A DNA stretch of 59,428 bases from an uncultured Solirubrobacteraceae bacterium (GTDB lineage Bacteria > Actinomycetota > Thermoleophilia > Solirubrobacterales > Solirubrobacteraceae). The DNA lies in the NCBI GenBank assembly GCA_964588985.1, contig CAZPQW010000021.1:1-59428 (forward strand), read 5' to 3'. This document shows, piece after piece, positions 23,619-32,746 of this stretch. The notes under the pieces were generated by a model, which saw only the letters and a program-made list of their open reading frames with translations, was not told the DNA's origin and did no database searches. Position 1 is the stretch's first letter, and each line of letters starts with the position of its first letter. The translations under genes and the position numbers were made by a program.

Positions 23619-23963
23619 ATGCGGCAGATACCGACAGCGCCGATCGCGGCGGGCGTGTTCATCGCGGGCTACGGAGTCGTGGCTGCCACGGGCTCGCGTC
23701 CGCTCGGCGGGCTCGTGCTGGCCGCCGGGGGCGTGCTGTGCGTGCGGATCTGGGCGCGTCGCCACGACACTCGGACCGCGGTCGAGCTGGCTGGCGTCGG
23801 TTTCGCCGCGTTCGTGCTCTCGCACGTGCTCGCCGAGGCGATCGGTGCGTGGCCGGCGGTGCTCGTGCTGGCGGCGGCGAGCGGGGTCGTCGTGTGGAAG
23901 CGAGCCGACTCGCGCCTGGTGGGTTCGGCGCGAGGGCTGGAGTTCCGCCCCCGCGCGCGTTAG
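23619..23963 (+). CDS. Hypothetical membrane protein (about 4 TM)
   Basis: Hydrophobic 114-aa ORF, FVLSH motif; TAGGGT 6 nt before ATG. Confidence 0.72.
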   Translation: MRQIPTAPIAAGVFIAGYGVVAATGSRPLGGLVLAAGGVLCVRIWARRHDTRTAVELAGVGFAAFVLSHVLAEAIGAWPAVLVLAAASGVVVWKRADSRLVGSARGLEFRPRAR

Positions 23964-23972
23964 ATTCAGCGC

Positions 23973-24590
23973 ATGGCTGCCGTCACATCCGAGGTCGCCG
24001 CTGTCGAGGGACCGCCGCCAGGAGCGCTCGCGCTTCCCGACTTCCAGATCGTCCCCCGCGCCGGATTGCCGATCGTCGCGGTCGTGCTCGTCGCGCTGAT
24101 CGTCGGCATCGCGGTCAACGAACTGTGGCCGCTCACCTTCCTGCACGTGGTCGGCGGCGCGGCGTGGACGGTGATCGACCTGTTCCTCGGCTTCGTGCTC
24201 GGCCCGATCATGGGCAAACTCTCGATCCCCGCACGGATCGAGTTCACGACGCGGCTGATGCCGAAGATGGTGCTGATCATGCCCACCGTCGTGACCGTCA
24301 CGCTCGCCGCGGGATGGCAGCTCGCGACCAAGCTCGGCAACACCCAGACGAGCTACGCGCTGCACGGCTGGATCGTGGCCAGCTACATCGTCGTCGGGAT
24401 CATGGCCGTGATCGCGCTCGGCCTGCTCGAGCCGGCGAACATCGCCGTGCTGGTCGAGCTGAAGAAGCCGCGCCCGCGCCCCGAGGTGATCGAGAAGCTG
24501 ATGAAACGCTTCATCTACACCGCCGGCGCGACCGGGCTGATGCAGGTCGCGACGTTCGTGATCATGACCAAGCTGGCGGCCGGGCCATGA
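23973..24590 (+). CDS. Hypothetical membrane protein (about 5 TM, His in TM; DUF2269/CopD-like?)
   Basis: FLHVVGGAAW..DLFLGFVLGP; TAGATT 6 nt before ATG; family assignment tentative. Confidence 0.78.
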   Translation: MAAVTSEVAAVEGPPPGALALPDFQIVPRAGLPIVAVVLVALIVGIAVNELWPLTFLHVVGGAAWTVIDLFLGFVLGPIMGKLSIPARIEFTTRLMPKMVLIMPTVVTVTLAAGWQLATKLGNTQTSYALHGWIVASYIVVGIMAVIALGLLEPANIAVLVELKKPRPRPEVIEKLMKRFIYTAGATGLMQVATFVIMTKLAAGP

Positions 24591-24994
24591 GCGCGCATGA
24601 CGAGACGGAGACCACTCGGCTGCCCCCGGTGACGCAGGTGGGGATGCTCTCGCTGGCGCTGATCGTCACGTCCGGCATCTACCTCTCCGCGCACATCCCC
24701 AACCACGTCTCGCTCGCGCCCGCAATCGCTCTGCTGTCGGCCTCGGCGCTGCTGCTGGCGGGCAACCTCGCGGCGCTCGCCCGCACGGACGGGTTCGCCT
24801 GGAGGCGCTTCTTCGAGATCGCCAGGTGGGCGCTCGTGGGCTACACGATCGTCGCGGGGATGATCGAGTACGCGTTCCTGCGCGACAACGTCAGCGGCGG
24901 CCCGCTCGTCGTGTTGACGCTATCTCTGGTCGTTTTTGCCGTGCACGTGCCCGTGCTGATCGGGTTCACGGTTGCGCGTTATGACGAGGGGTAA
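24587..24994 (+). CDS. Hypothetical membrane protein (4 TM)
   Basis: ATG 24587 in ATGA overlap; MSAHDETETTRLPPVTQVG..VLIGFTVARYDEG, four hydrophobic segments. Confidence 0.78.
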   Translation: MSAHDETETTRLPPVTQVGMLSLALIVTSGIYLSAHIPNHVSLAPAIALLSASALLLAGNLAALARTDGFAWRRFFEIARWALVGYTIVAGMIEYAFLRDNVSGGPLVVLTLSLVVFAVHVPVLIGFTVARYDEG

Positions 24995-25000
24995 GCGCCG

Positions 25001-26200
25001 TCAGCTCTTGAATCGCGCCGCCTCCTCAGACCCACCTGTGGCGTTGCCCTCGCTGTAGGAGTGCGCGCCGGTGCCGGCGAGCTTGCCGCCGTCGACGATC
25101 AGGTACTCGTCGCGGATAGGGCGCCGCGCATACCAGCACTCGAGGATCTCGCGCGTGCCGGCCGCGTAGCGCGCCTGCGCCGAGAGGCTCGTGCCGGAGG
25201 TGTGCGGGGTCATGCCATGGTGGGCCATCGTGCGCCACGGGTGATCGCGGGGCGCGGGCTGGGGGAACCACACGTCGCCGGCGTATCCCGCGAGCTGCCC
25301 GCTCTCGCACGCGCGGGCGACCGCGTCGCGGTCGCAGATCTTGCCGCGGGCGGTGTTGATCAGGTAGGAGCCGCGCTTCATCTTCGACAGCAGGTGCTCG
25401 TCGAACAGGTTCTCCGTCTCAGGATGGAGCGGCGCGTTGATCGTCACCACGTCGCACGCTTCGACTAGCGACTCCACGCTGTCGTGGAACGTAACTCCCA
25501 GCTCCGCCTCGACCTCCGCGGGCAGGCGGTGGCGGTCGGTGTAGTGCAGGCCGACCTCGAACGGCTTCAGCCGTCGCAGCACCGCCGAGCCGATGCGCCC
25601 GGCGGCGACCGTGCCGACCTGCATCCCCTCGAGGTCGTAGGAGCGCGACACGCAGTCGGCGATGTTCCAGCCGCCGTCCACCACTACCTGGTAGGAGGGG
25701 ATGTAGTTGCGCACCAGCGCGAGGATCATCATCACCACGTGCTCCGCGACGCTGATGGAGTTGGAGTACGTCACCTCCGCGACCGTCAGCCCGTGCTCGA
25801 TCGCGGCCTGCAGGTCGACGTGATCCGAGCCGATCCCGGCTGTCAGCGCCAGTTTCAGGTTCGGCGCCTTGGCGATGCGCTCGGCCGTGAGGTACGCGGG
25901 CCAGAACGGCTGGGAGATCACGACCTCCGCCTCGGGCAGCTCGCGCTCGAACACCGAGTCTGGGCCATCCTTGTCGGAGGTGACGATCAGCCGGTGGCCG
26001 AGGTCCTCGAGGAAGCGGCGCAGGCCGAGCTCGCCCGAGACGCAGCCGAGTAGCTCGCCGGGCGTGAAGCCGATGTGCTGCGGAGTGGGCGCGGTCTGTC
26101 CGTCGTGGTAGCCGGCGATGTGAGGGACCGAGTCGCGAGCATACGCCGGCGGGTAGCCGTCCACCGGATCGTCGTAGAGCACGCAGAGCACGTTCGCCAT
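25001..26200 (-). CDS. fdh: NAD-dependent formate dehydrogenase
   Basis: VLCVLYDDP, ISQPFWPAY, TAGIGSDHVD, AAGRIG, YTDRHR, GDVWFPQP, MTPHTSG. Confidence 0.97.
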   Translation of the reverse strand: MANVLCVLYDDPVDGYPPAYARDSVPHIAGYHDGQTAPTPQHIGFTPGELLGCVSGELGLRRFLEDLGHRLIVTSDKDGPDSVFERELPEAEVVISQPFWPAYLTAERIAKAPNLKLALTAGIGSDHVDLQAAIEHGLTVAEVTYSNSISVAEHVVMMILALVRNYIPSYQVVVDGGWNIADCVSRSYDLEGMQVGTVAAGRIGSAVLRRLKPFEVGLHYTDRHRLPAEVEAELGVTFHDSVESLVEACDVVTINAPLHPETENLFDEHLLSKMKRGSYLINTARGKICDRDAVARACESGQLAGYAGDVWFPQPAPRDHPWRTMAHHGMTPHTSGTSLSAQARYAAGTREILECWYARRPIRDEYLIVDGGKLAGTGAHSYSEGNATGGSEEAARFKS

Positions 26201-26241
26201 CGGACAGCCTCCCTCGTCGGTGTTTCGTAGATACTCCCACG

Positions 26242-27234
26242 ATGAGAGCGATCCAGATAACCGCAGAGACCGGTCCCGACAGCGCGCTCGCGTTCGTGGA
26301 GCTTCCCGAGCCCGAGCCGTCGCACATGCTCACCCCCGGAGAGGGCGTCGTGGTGGACGTGCACGTCGCCGGCGTCTCCTTCCCGGAGCTGCTGCAGACG
26401 CGCGGCCAGTACCAGATGAAACCGCCGCTTCCCTACGTCCCGGGCTCCGAGGTCGGGGGGATCGTGCGCAGCGCGCCGGAGGGCGCGTCGGTCAAGCCGG
26501 GCGACCGGGTGGCCGCGTTCTGCGCGCTCGGCGGATGGGCCGAGACCGCCGTGGCGCCCGAGTTCTTCACGTTCCCGCTCTCCTCCGAGCTGGACTTCGC
26601 GCAGGGCGCGGGGCTGATCCTCAACTACCACACCGCGTACTTCTCGCTCGCGATGCGCGGGCGCCTGCGCGCCGGCGAGACCGTGCTCGTGCACGGCGCT
26701 GCCGGCGGCGTGGGCACCGCGTCGCTGCAGGTGGCAAAGGGCATGGGCGCGCGCACGATCGCGCTCGTATCCAGCGAGGAGAAGCGCAAGGTCGCCGAGC
26801 AGGCGGGCGCGGATGAGACGGTGCTGCTGAGCGATGCGTGGAAGGACGAGGTGGTGGAGATCTCCGGCGGAGGCGTCGACGTGGTGCTCGATCCCGTCGG
26901 CGGCGACCGCTTCACAGACAGCCTGCGCTCGCTGCGCGAGGACGGACGGCTCGTCGTGGTCGGCTTCACCGGCGGCTCGATCCCCGAGGTGAAGGTCAAC
27001 CGGCTGCTGCTGCGCAACACCGAGGTGGTGGGCGCCGGCTGGGGCGGTTATGTGATGGGCAAGCCCGACCTCAACCGCGAGATCGGCGCGGCGGTCAACG
27101 CGATGGTCGACGACGGGTTCATCCGCCCGATCGTCGGCGAGCGCTTCCCGTTCGAGCGGGCCGCCGATGCACTCAAGGCGCTCGACGAGCGTCGCGCGCT
27201 CGGCAAGGTCGTGCTCGACGTGCGCACCGACTGA
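26242..27234 (+). CDS. NADPH:quinone oxidoreductase (MDR/zeta-crystallin family)
   Basis: PYVPGSE, VLVHGAAGGVG, DVVLDPVGG, GKVVL. Confidence 0.92.
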   Translation: MRAIQITAETGPDSALAFVELPEPEPSHMLTPGEGVVVDVHVAGVSFPELLQTRGQYQMKPPLPYVPGSEVGGIVRSAPEGASVKPGDRVAAFCALGGWAETAVAPEFFTFPLSSELDFAQGAGLILNYHTAYFSLAMRGRLRAGETVLVHGAAGGVGTASLQVAKGMGARTIALVSSEEKRKVAEQAGADETVLLSDAWKDEVVEISGGGVDVVLDPVGGDRFTDSLRSLREDGRLVVVGFTGGSIPEVKVNRLLLRNTEVVGAGWGGYVMGKPDLNREIGAAVNAMVDDGFIRPIVGERFPFERAADALKALDERRALGKVVLDVRTD

Positions 27235-27275
27235 CCGGGGGTTAACCCCACCATCGAGCCGGGGGACAGCCACCT
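27235..27275. promoter_or_regulatory. Candidate response-regulator binding site upstream of desaturase
   Basis: Perfect palindrome GGGGTTAACCCC (27238-27249); CCGGGGG repeated 24 nt apart (27235, 27259). Confidence 0.5.
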
Positions 27276-27336
27276 CTTCGTGGAGGGTCGGCTCTATCGA
27301 CAACCCAAGGCGCGTGCTCGAACATCGCGGAGAGCG

Positions 27337-28329
27337 ATGAGCGCCACAACGCAACAGCCGGCCGGGCTCGACACCCAGCCCGAGGACGCCCCGCTGCTCG
27401 ACGGCCCCACGCCCGAGGAGATCCAGGTCCCGGTGATGGAATCCCTCGATCGGCTTGCCACGGGGATCATCACGGCCGTCCCGCCGCTGCTGTTGCTGGC
27501 GGCCGTGGTGGGCACGTGGAACCACATCCTTCACTGGCGCGACGTGGCGATCTTCCTGATCATGTACGTGCCCACCGGGCTCGGCATCACGGTCGGCTTC
27601 CACCGCCTGTTCACGCACCGCAGCTTCAAGTCCAAGCCGTGGCTGCGCGGGGTGCTGGCGGTCCTCGGCACGATGGCGGTGGAGGGCCCGGTGATCTCGT
27701 GGGTAGCCGACCACCGCAAGCACCACACCTACTCCGACCGCTTCGGCGACCCGCACAGCCCGCACGTGGACAGCCACGGCCACCACGCGACCGGCTGGCG
27801 GGGAGCACTTCGCGGGCTGGCGCACGCGCATGTGGGCTGGCTGTTCGACCACACCCAGCGCGGCGCGCGCGAACGCTTCGCGCCCGACCTGCTGGCCGAC
27901 CCGGTGGTGTCGTTCGTCGACCGGACGTTCCTGCTGTGGGCGCTGCTCGGCATGGCGATCCCGTTCGGACTGGGGGCGCTGTGGGGCGGCACCGTGGGCG
28001 CGGGGTTCGAGGCGATGCTGTGGGGCGGGGCGGTGCGGATGATGGTGCTCCACCACGTGACCTACTCGATCAACTCGCTGTGTCACTTCTTCGGCCGCCG
28101 GCGGTTCGCGACCGGCGATCACTCGCGCAACCTGTCGTGGCTGGCGCCGTTCTCGCTGGGCGAGGCGTGGCACAACAACCATCACGCGTTCCCCACCTCG
28201 GCCATCCATGGCATGGGCTCGCGGGAGTTCGACGTGTCGGGTCTCGTGATCTCCGCGCTGGAGCGCACGGGGCTTGTCTGGGACGTACAGCGGGTCGCTC
28301 CCGAGAAGCAGGCCGCGAAGGCTCTTTGA
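27337..28329 (+). CDS. Acyl-CoA delta-9-type desaturase
   Basis: GITVGFHRLFTH, WVADHRKHH, DPHSP, GEAWHNNHHAFP. Confidence 0.94.
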   Translation: MSATTQQPAGLDTQPEDAPLLDGPTPEEIQVPVMESLDRLATGIITAVPPLLLLAAVVGTWNHILHWRDVAIFLIMYVPTGLGITVGFHRLFTHRSFKSKPWLRGVLAVLGTMAVEGPVISWVADHRKHHTYSDRFGDPHSPHVDSHGHHATGWRGALRGLAHAHVGWLFDHTQRGARERFAPDLLADPVVSFVDRTFLLWALLGMAIPFGLGALWGGTVGAGFEAMLWGGAVRMMVLHHVTYSINSLCHFFGRRRFATGDHSRNLSWLAPFSLGEAWHNNHHAFPTSAIHGMGSREFDVSGLVISALERTGLVWDVQRVAPEKQAAKAL

Positions 28330-28373
28330 ACCTGGCGAGGCCACGGCTGCCGCGCCGTGCGACGATAGGAGCG

Positions 28374-29480
28374 ATGGACGAACGCGCTCGCCTCTCCGTC
28401 GATCTGTCCCGGGCGCGGGGCGCTGTACCCCGCCGCTGGATGCCCACGCTCGCCGCCGGCCTGTCGATCGGCGAATACGCGCGGGCCGCGGAGCGTCGTC
28501 TGGCGTTCCTCACGGCGGTCCTGCTCGCGGCGATCTGGGCGTTGAGCGGACAGGGCTACTTCTGGCCGGCGTGGGCGTGGCTCGGGTTGGGCGTGGTGGT
28601 GCTGCTCGACTACGCCGCGGGTTGGGCGTGGCGTCAGCCACGCGGCGCGGTACGACGCGTGGCATGCGTGTGGACCGCGGTGGGAGTCGCGGCGGTGATC
28701 CTGCTCGCGACCTGGCTCTTGACGTGGCTGCTCGCCGGTGCGCACACCTTCTGGCCCGCATGGGCGCTGCTCGGACTCGCGACGGCAGGCAGTGGGTACT
28801 CGCTGATCGCACTGCACGACCGTGTCCTGGTCGCCCACACCCGTCGCGCGCTGCGCGCGAGGATCGACATGCTCACCCACACGCGCCGTCAGGCCGTCGA
28901 CGCGCAGGCCGCTGAGCTGAGGCGCATCGAGCGCGACCTGCACGACGGCGCGCAGGCGCGCCTGGTCGCGCTCACGCTGCAGCTGGGGCGCGCGGAGATG
29001 CGCGTGGGCGACCAGCCGGAGGTCCGTCAGCTGATCGCCGACGCCCAAACCGAGGCTCGCCACGCGATCGCCGAGCTGCGCGACCTGGCGCGCGGGATCG
29101 TGCCGCCGCTGCTCGCCGACCGCGGTCTGGCGGCCGCGGTGGAGTCGCTCGCCGCGCGCTACGGGCTCGGCACGTCGGTCGACGTGGACACGCACCGCAG
29201 GCTCGCGCCGGCGATCGAGAGCGCCGCGTACTTCGTGATCGCGGAGGCGCTCACCAACACCGCCAAGCACGCCTCCGCGCAGCGCAGCTGGGTCGTGCTG
29301 CGCGACGAGCGCAAAGCGCTCGCGGTGCTCGTGGGCGACGACGGGCGGGGCGGCGCGGACCCAGAGGGGTCGGGCCTCGCCGGCCTGCGCGCGCGGGTGG
29401 AGGCGCTCGACGGCAGCCTGAGCGTCGAGAGCCCCACAGACGGGGGCACGGTCGTCGAGGTGAGCCTGCCATGCGCGTAG
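28374..29480 (+). CDS. Membrane sensor histidine kinase (HisKA_3)
   Basis: ATG 28374; duplicated FWPAW TM hairpins; RIERDLHDGAQ, EALTNTAKHA, DDGRGG. Confidence 0.9.
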   Translation: MDERARLSVDLSRARGAVPRRWMPTLAAGLSIGEYARAAERRLAFLTAVLLAAIWALSGQGYFWPAWAWLGLGVVVLLDYAAGWAWRQPRGAVRRVACVWTAVGVAAVILLATWLLTWLLAGAHTFWPAWALLGLATAGSGYSLIALHDRVLVAHTRRALRARIDMLTHTRRQAVDAQAAELRRIERDLHDGAQARLVALTLQLGRAEMRVGDQPEVRQLIADAQTEARHAIAELRDLARGIVPPLLADRGLAAAVESLAARYGLGTSVDVDTHRRLAPAIESAAYFVIAEALTNTAKHASAQRSWVVLRDERKALAVLVGDDGRGGADPEGSGLAGLRARVEALDGSLSVESPTDGGTVVEVSLPCA

Positions 29481-30151
29481 TGATCGCCGAGGACCTCGCG
29501 CTGCTGCGCGAGGGCCTGGTCGCGCTGCTGCGCGAGAACGACATCGAGGTGGTGGCACAGGTCGAAGACGGCCCGGGGCTGCTGCGGGCGATCGCCGGGC
29601 ACAGGCCGGATCTCGTGATCGTCGATGTGCGCCTGCCGCCGACCTACAGCGACGAGGGGCTGCTCGCGGCGATCGAGGCTCGCCGCCGCCAGCCGGAGCT
29701 GGGCGTGCTCGTGCTCTCCCAATACGTCGAGACCGCGTATGCGAGCGAGCTGATCGGCGAGGACACCGCCGGGATCGGCTACCTGCTGAAGGAGCGGGTG
29801 GGGGACGTGCGAGCGTTCATCGACGCGCTGCACCGCGTGGCGGACGGAGGCACGGTCCTCGACAGGCAGGTCGTCTCCGAGCTGCTCGCGCCGCGCGACG
29901 GCTCGATGGAGGCCCTGTCGGGGCTTACCGCGCGCGAGCGCGAGGTGCTCGCGCTGATGGCCGAGGGCCGCTCCAACACCGCGATCGCGGAGAGCCTCGT
30001 GGTGACCCCAGGCGCGGTCGAGAAGCACATCACGAACATCTTCGCCAAGCTCGACCTGCCGGCCTGCGACGACGACCATCGCCGCGTGCTCGCGGTGCTC
30101 GCCTACCTCCGCGTCGCGCGCGAGGCTCCGCGCGACAGGGGCGCGGCGTGA
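29471..30151 (+). CDS. NarL/LuxR family response regulator
   Basis: MRVVIAED, VDVRLPP, GYLLKERV, LTAREREVL..AVEKHITNIFAKL. Confidence 0.94.
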   Translation: MRVVIAEDLALLREGLVALLRENDIEVVAQVEDGPGLLRAIAGHRPDLVIVDVRLPPTYSDEGLLAAIEARRRQPELGVLVLSQYVETAYASELIGEDTAGIGYLLKERVGDVRAFIDALHRVADGGTVLDRQVVSELLAPRDGSMEALSGLTAREREVLALMAEGRSNTAIAESLVVTPGAVEKHITNIFAKLDLPACDDDHRRVLAVLAYLRVAREAPRDRGAA

Positions 30152-30184
30152 TAAAACGTCTTGATCACTGATGGAAAACCTCTC

Positions 30185-30916
30185 ATGAAGGTCATCGGCG
30201 CCGGGCTACCGCGCACCGCGACCACGACGCAGATGTTCGCGCTCGAACAGCTCGGACGCGGGCGCTGCTACCACATGCGCGACCTGCTCGCGGACCTCGA
30301 GTCGGGCCTGCCGCTGTGGGAAGCCGTCGCCGAGGGCAGCCCCGACTGGGAGCGCATCTTCGGCGACGCCCACTCCACCGTCGACTGGCCGTCCGCTCGC
30401 TACTACCGCGACCTGATGGACTACTACCCCGACGCGAAGGTGCTGCTGAGCGTGCGCGGGGGCGAGGAATGGGCGCGCAGCATGATCAAGACCGTGTGGG
30501 GGATCTTCCACGGCGACGCCGTCATCCACCACGTCTCCGACGCGCGCGCGGTGCTCGACCCGCTGTGGCGCCGCTACACGACGCTGATGCGGAACATGAC
30601 GTGGAACGAGGGCGGCGCGCTTGCCGGCGGCGACGTCTCTACCGAAGCGGGCCTGATCGAGGCGATGGAGCGCTGGAACCAGGGCGTCATCGGCACGGTG
30701 CCGGCCGAGCGGCTGCTCGTGTGGAACCCAAGCGAAGGCTGGGATCCGCTGTGCGAGTTCCTCGAGGTTGACGTTCCACCCGACCCGCTGCCGCGCTTGA
30801 ACGACACCACGTCCTTCAGGGAGGGCATCATCGGCGGCGCTCTCGACGTGGTCAACGAATGGTGGGGTGCGCGCGAGCGGCCCACCAGCGGTTTGCACGG
30901 CGCAGCGCTGAGCTGA
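30185..30916 (+). CDS. Sulfotransferase family protein (Sulfotransfer_4-like)
   Basis: MKVIGAGLPRTAT, CYHM, DWP, YPDAKVLLSVR, GWDPLCEFL. Confidence 0.88.
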   Translation: MKVIGAGLPRTATTTQMFALEQLGRGRCYHMRDLLADLESGLPLWEAVAEGSPDWERIFGDAHSTVDWPSARYYRDLMDYYPDAKVLLSVRGGEEWARSMIKTVWGIFHGDAVIHHVSDARAVLDPLWRRYTTLMRNMTWNEGGALAGGDVSTEAGLIEAMERWNQGVIGTVPAERLLVWNPSEGWDPLCEFLEVDVPPDPLPRLNDTTSFREGIIGGALDVVNEWWGARERPTSGLHGAALS

Positions 30917-30946
30917 GCGTCGCGATGTCCCCGGCTCGATGGAGGC

Positions 30947-31462
30947 GTGATGCCCGCTGACCTGCTCGCGAAGATAAGCGCGGAAATCGACGCGCGCCTG
31001 GCGCAGCTGCGCGCCGCGATGGACGAGTACGAGCAGCTGCTGTCGGCTGCTGCGGCGCTCGACGCGGAGGAGCGCACGGCCAAGCCTGTCGGCAAGAAAG
31101 CTGCGCCCGTTCGCAAAGCGCCCGTTGCGCGCAAAGCGCCTGCCGTGGCGAAAGCGGCGGGACGGCCGAAGGCCGCGGCACCGAAGAAAGCGCCCACGCG
31201 TGCGCCCGCGAAACCGGCCCGTGCGGCGGCCGCTCCAAAGAAGAAAGCCGCGAAGCCCGCGTCCTCGGCGAGCAGCGCCGCTCAGCAGGCGATCGTCGCG
31301 GCGCTCGAGCACGGCTCGCACACGGTGGCCGAGCTGTCGGTCGTGACCGCGATGTCCGGCCCGAGTATCCGCGAGAGCCTGCGGGCGCTGTCGAAGGCCC
31401 GGAAGGTTACGAAGGCCAAGCGCGAAGGCAAGGCCGCCTACGCGCTGGCGACGAGCCGCTGA
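30947..31462 (+). CDS. Putative DNA-binding protein: helical N-terminus, Ala/Lys/Pro-rich linker, wHTH-like C-terminus
   Basis: GGAGG RBS; KKAAPVRKAPVARKAPAVAK repeats; QQAIVAALEHGSHTVAELSVVTAMSGPSIRESLRAL. Confidence 0.75.
   Translation: MMPADLLAKISAEIDARLAQLRAAMDEYEQLLSAAAALDAEERTAKPVGKKAAPVRKAPVARKAPAVAKAAGRPKAAAPKKAPTRAPAKPARAAAAPKKKAAKPASSASSAAQQAIVAALEHGSHTVAELSVVTAMSGPSIRESLRALSKARKVTKAKREGKAAYALATSR
31412..31451 (+). repeat. Direct repeat copy 1 (3' end of histone-like gene)
   Basis: AAGGCCAAGCGCGAAGGCAAGGCCGCCTACGCGCTGGCGA, 39/40 identical to 32747-32786. Confidence 0.9.
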
Positions 31463-31472
31463 CGTGCCTTTG

Positions 31473-31506
31473 TCGGCCTTTATTGGCTGTACCCAATAAA
31501 AGCCGA
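31473..31506. repeat. Inverted repeat (terminator or protein-binding site)
   Basis: TCGGCCTTTATTGG-ctgtac-CCAATAAAAGCCGA, 13/14 arm match, between convergent genes. Confidence 0.75.
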
Positions 31507-31523
31507 TCAAGCTCTGTCAGTCG

Positions 31524-32702
31524 TCAGCCTGCTTGGCTGTGGGTAGCTCGCAGGTACTGCGCGAACCTGGGAACTGTGAAGTCGATCTGCCCTCGCCTAG
31601 GGCTCCAGATCAGCTCCTTCTCGATCAGCTCTTCGCGGACCACGGATGCGCCGCCCATGCTGTTGTATCCGGCTGCCTGTGCGGCGTCAGCGGTCTTGTA
31701 CGGGCCATCGCCGAGCTTTGAGATCGCGATGAGATAGCGCTGCTGAGCGTCTGTGGCGAGCTCGAAAGCAGGCCCAAAGAATCCTCGGTCGAGGCTGTCG
31801 TTGACGATCACTTCGACGGCTCGTACGTGCTCGGCAGCGATTGGCGGAGCCTCGATCTCGTCCCACAGAACCCGTCCGTACTCCTGGAGGAAGTAGGGGT
31901 AGCCGCCCGACTGCTCGACGACGAGATCCACTGCTGGCGGCTCAAGCTCAACGCCTTGCAGGCCGGCGGGTCCCACGAGGGCCAGTCTCGCCTCGGCGTT
32001 GGATAGCTGGTCCAGCTCGTGGTATGAGAACAGGCGTGGCGCATAGGGCTTGGCGGCCCGCAGCATCGTCGGTAGCGTCGGTAGTCCCGCCCCCACGAGC
32101 GCGACGGGAAGACCGCGCTGACTTACGCGATGCAGCGCCATGCAGATGGCCCCGAGCGAAGCGCGGTCGAGGTTCTGCATCTCATCGATCAAGAACAAGG
32201 CGCCCGTATCGCCTGCCCTTGCCACTTCGCCGATCTCCACGAACAGGTCGGCCAGATCCTGCTCTATGTCGCCGGTGTCGGCGGTGCCCGTCGCAGCATC
32301 AACATCGAGCTGAAACTTGATGCCTCCCGGTGTGGCGATCGAAAAGGACTTCACCACCGACAGCGCGGACTTCGCGCGGTCCTTCATGCGCTGGCGCAAG
32401 CTCATGCTTCGCAACAGGCGCAGCGCTAGGCGCCCCATGCTCGTACGAAAGTCGGCGTTGCTGCCGACCTCCTGCACCTCGGTCGAGAACCACTCCGCTT
32501 CCCCGGCAAGAACGTCGAATTCGAGCAGCAGCACGGTCTTTCCGATCCCGCGCAGGCCCGAGAAGATCATGCTGCGCTCGTGCCGGCCGTCGCCCAGCCG
32601 TTCCAGCAGCAGCCGGAAGTTCTCGAGATCAGGATCGCGACCAGCGAGCTTGGCAGGCCGTCGTCCAGCCCCCGGGGTGTATGGGTTTGCGCTTCGCTTC
32701 AA
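31524..32702 (-). CDS. Standalone AAA/P-loop ATPase with probable C-terminal wHTH
   Basis: NPYTPGAG..LAGRD, GLRGIGKT Walker A, FLIDEMQ Walker B, SGGYPYFLQ, RGQIDFTVPRF. Confidence 0.88.
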   Translation of the reverse strand: MKRSANPYTPGAGRRPAKLAGRDPDLENFRLLLERLGDGRHERSMIFSGLRGIGKTVLLLEFDVLAGEAEWFSTEVQEVGSNADFRTSMGRLALRLLRSMSLRQRMKDRAKSALSVVKSFSIATPGGIKFQLDVDAATGTADTGDIEQDLADLFVEIGEVARAGDTGALFLIDEMQNLDRASLGAICMALHRVSQRGLPVALVGAGLPTLPTMLRAAKPYAPRLFSYHELDQLSNAEARLALVGPAGLQGVELEPPAVDLVVEQSGGYPYFLQEYGRVLWDEIEAPPIAAEHVRAVEVIVNDSLDRGFFGPAFELATDAQQRYLIAISKLGDGPYKTADAAQAAGYNSMGGASVVREELIEKELIWSPRRGQIDFTVPRFAQYLRATHSQAG

Positions 32703-32746
32703 TGGCTTTCTAAAGGATTATTGACGATCGCCAATATATATCGAGA

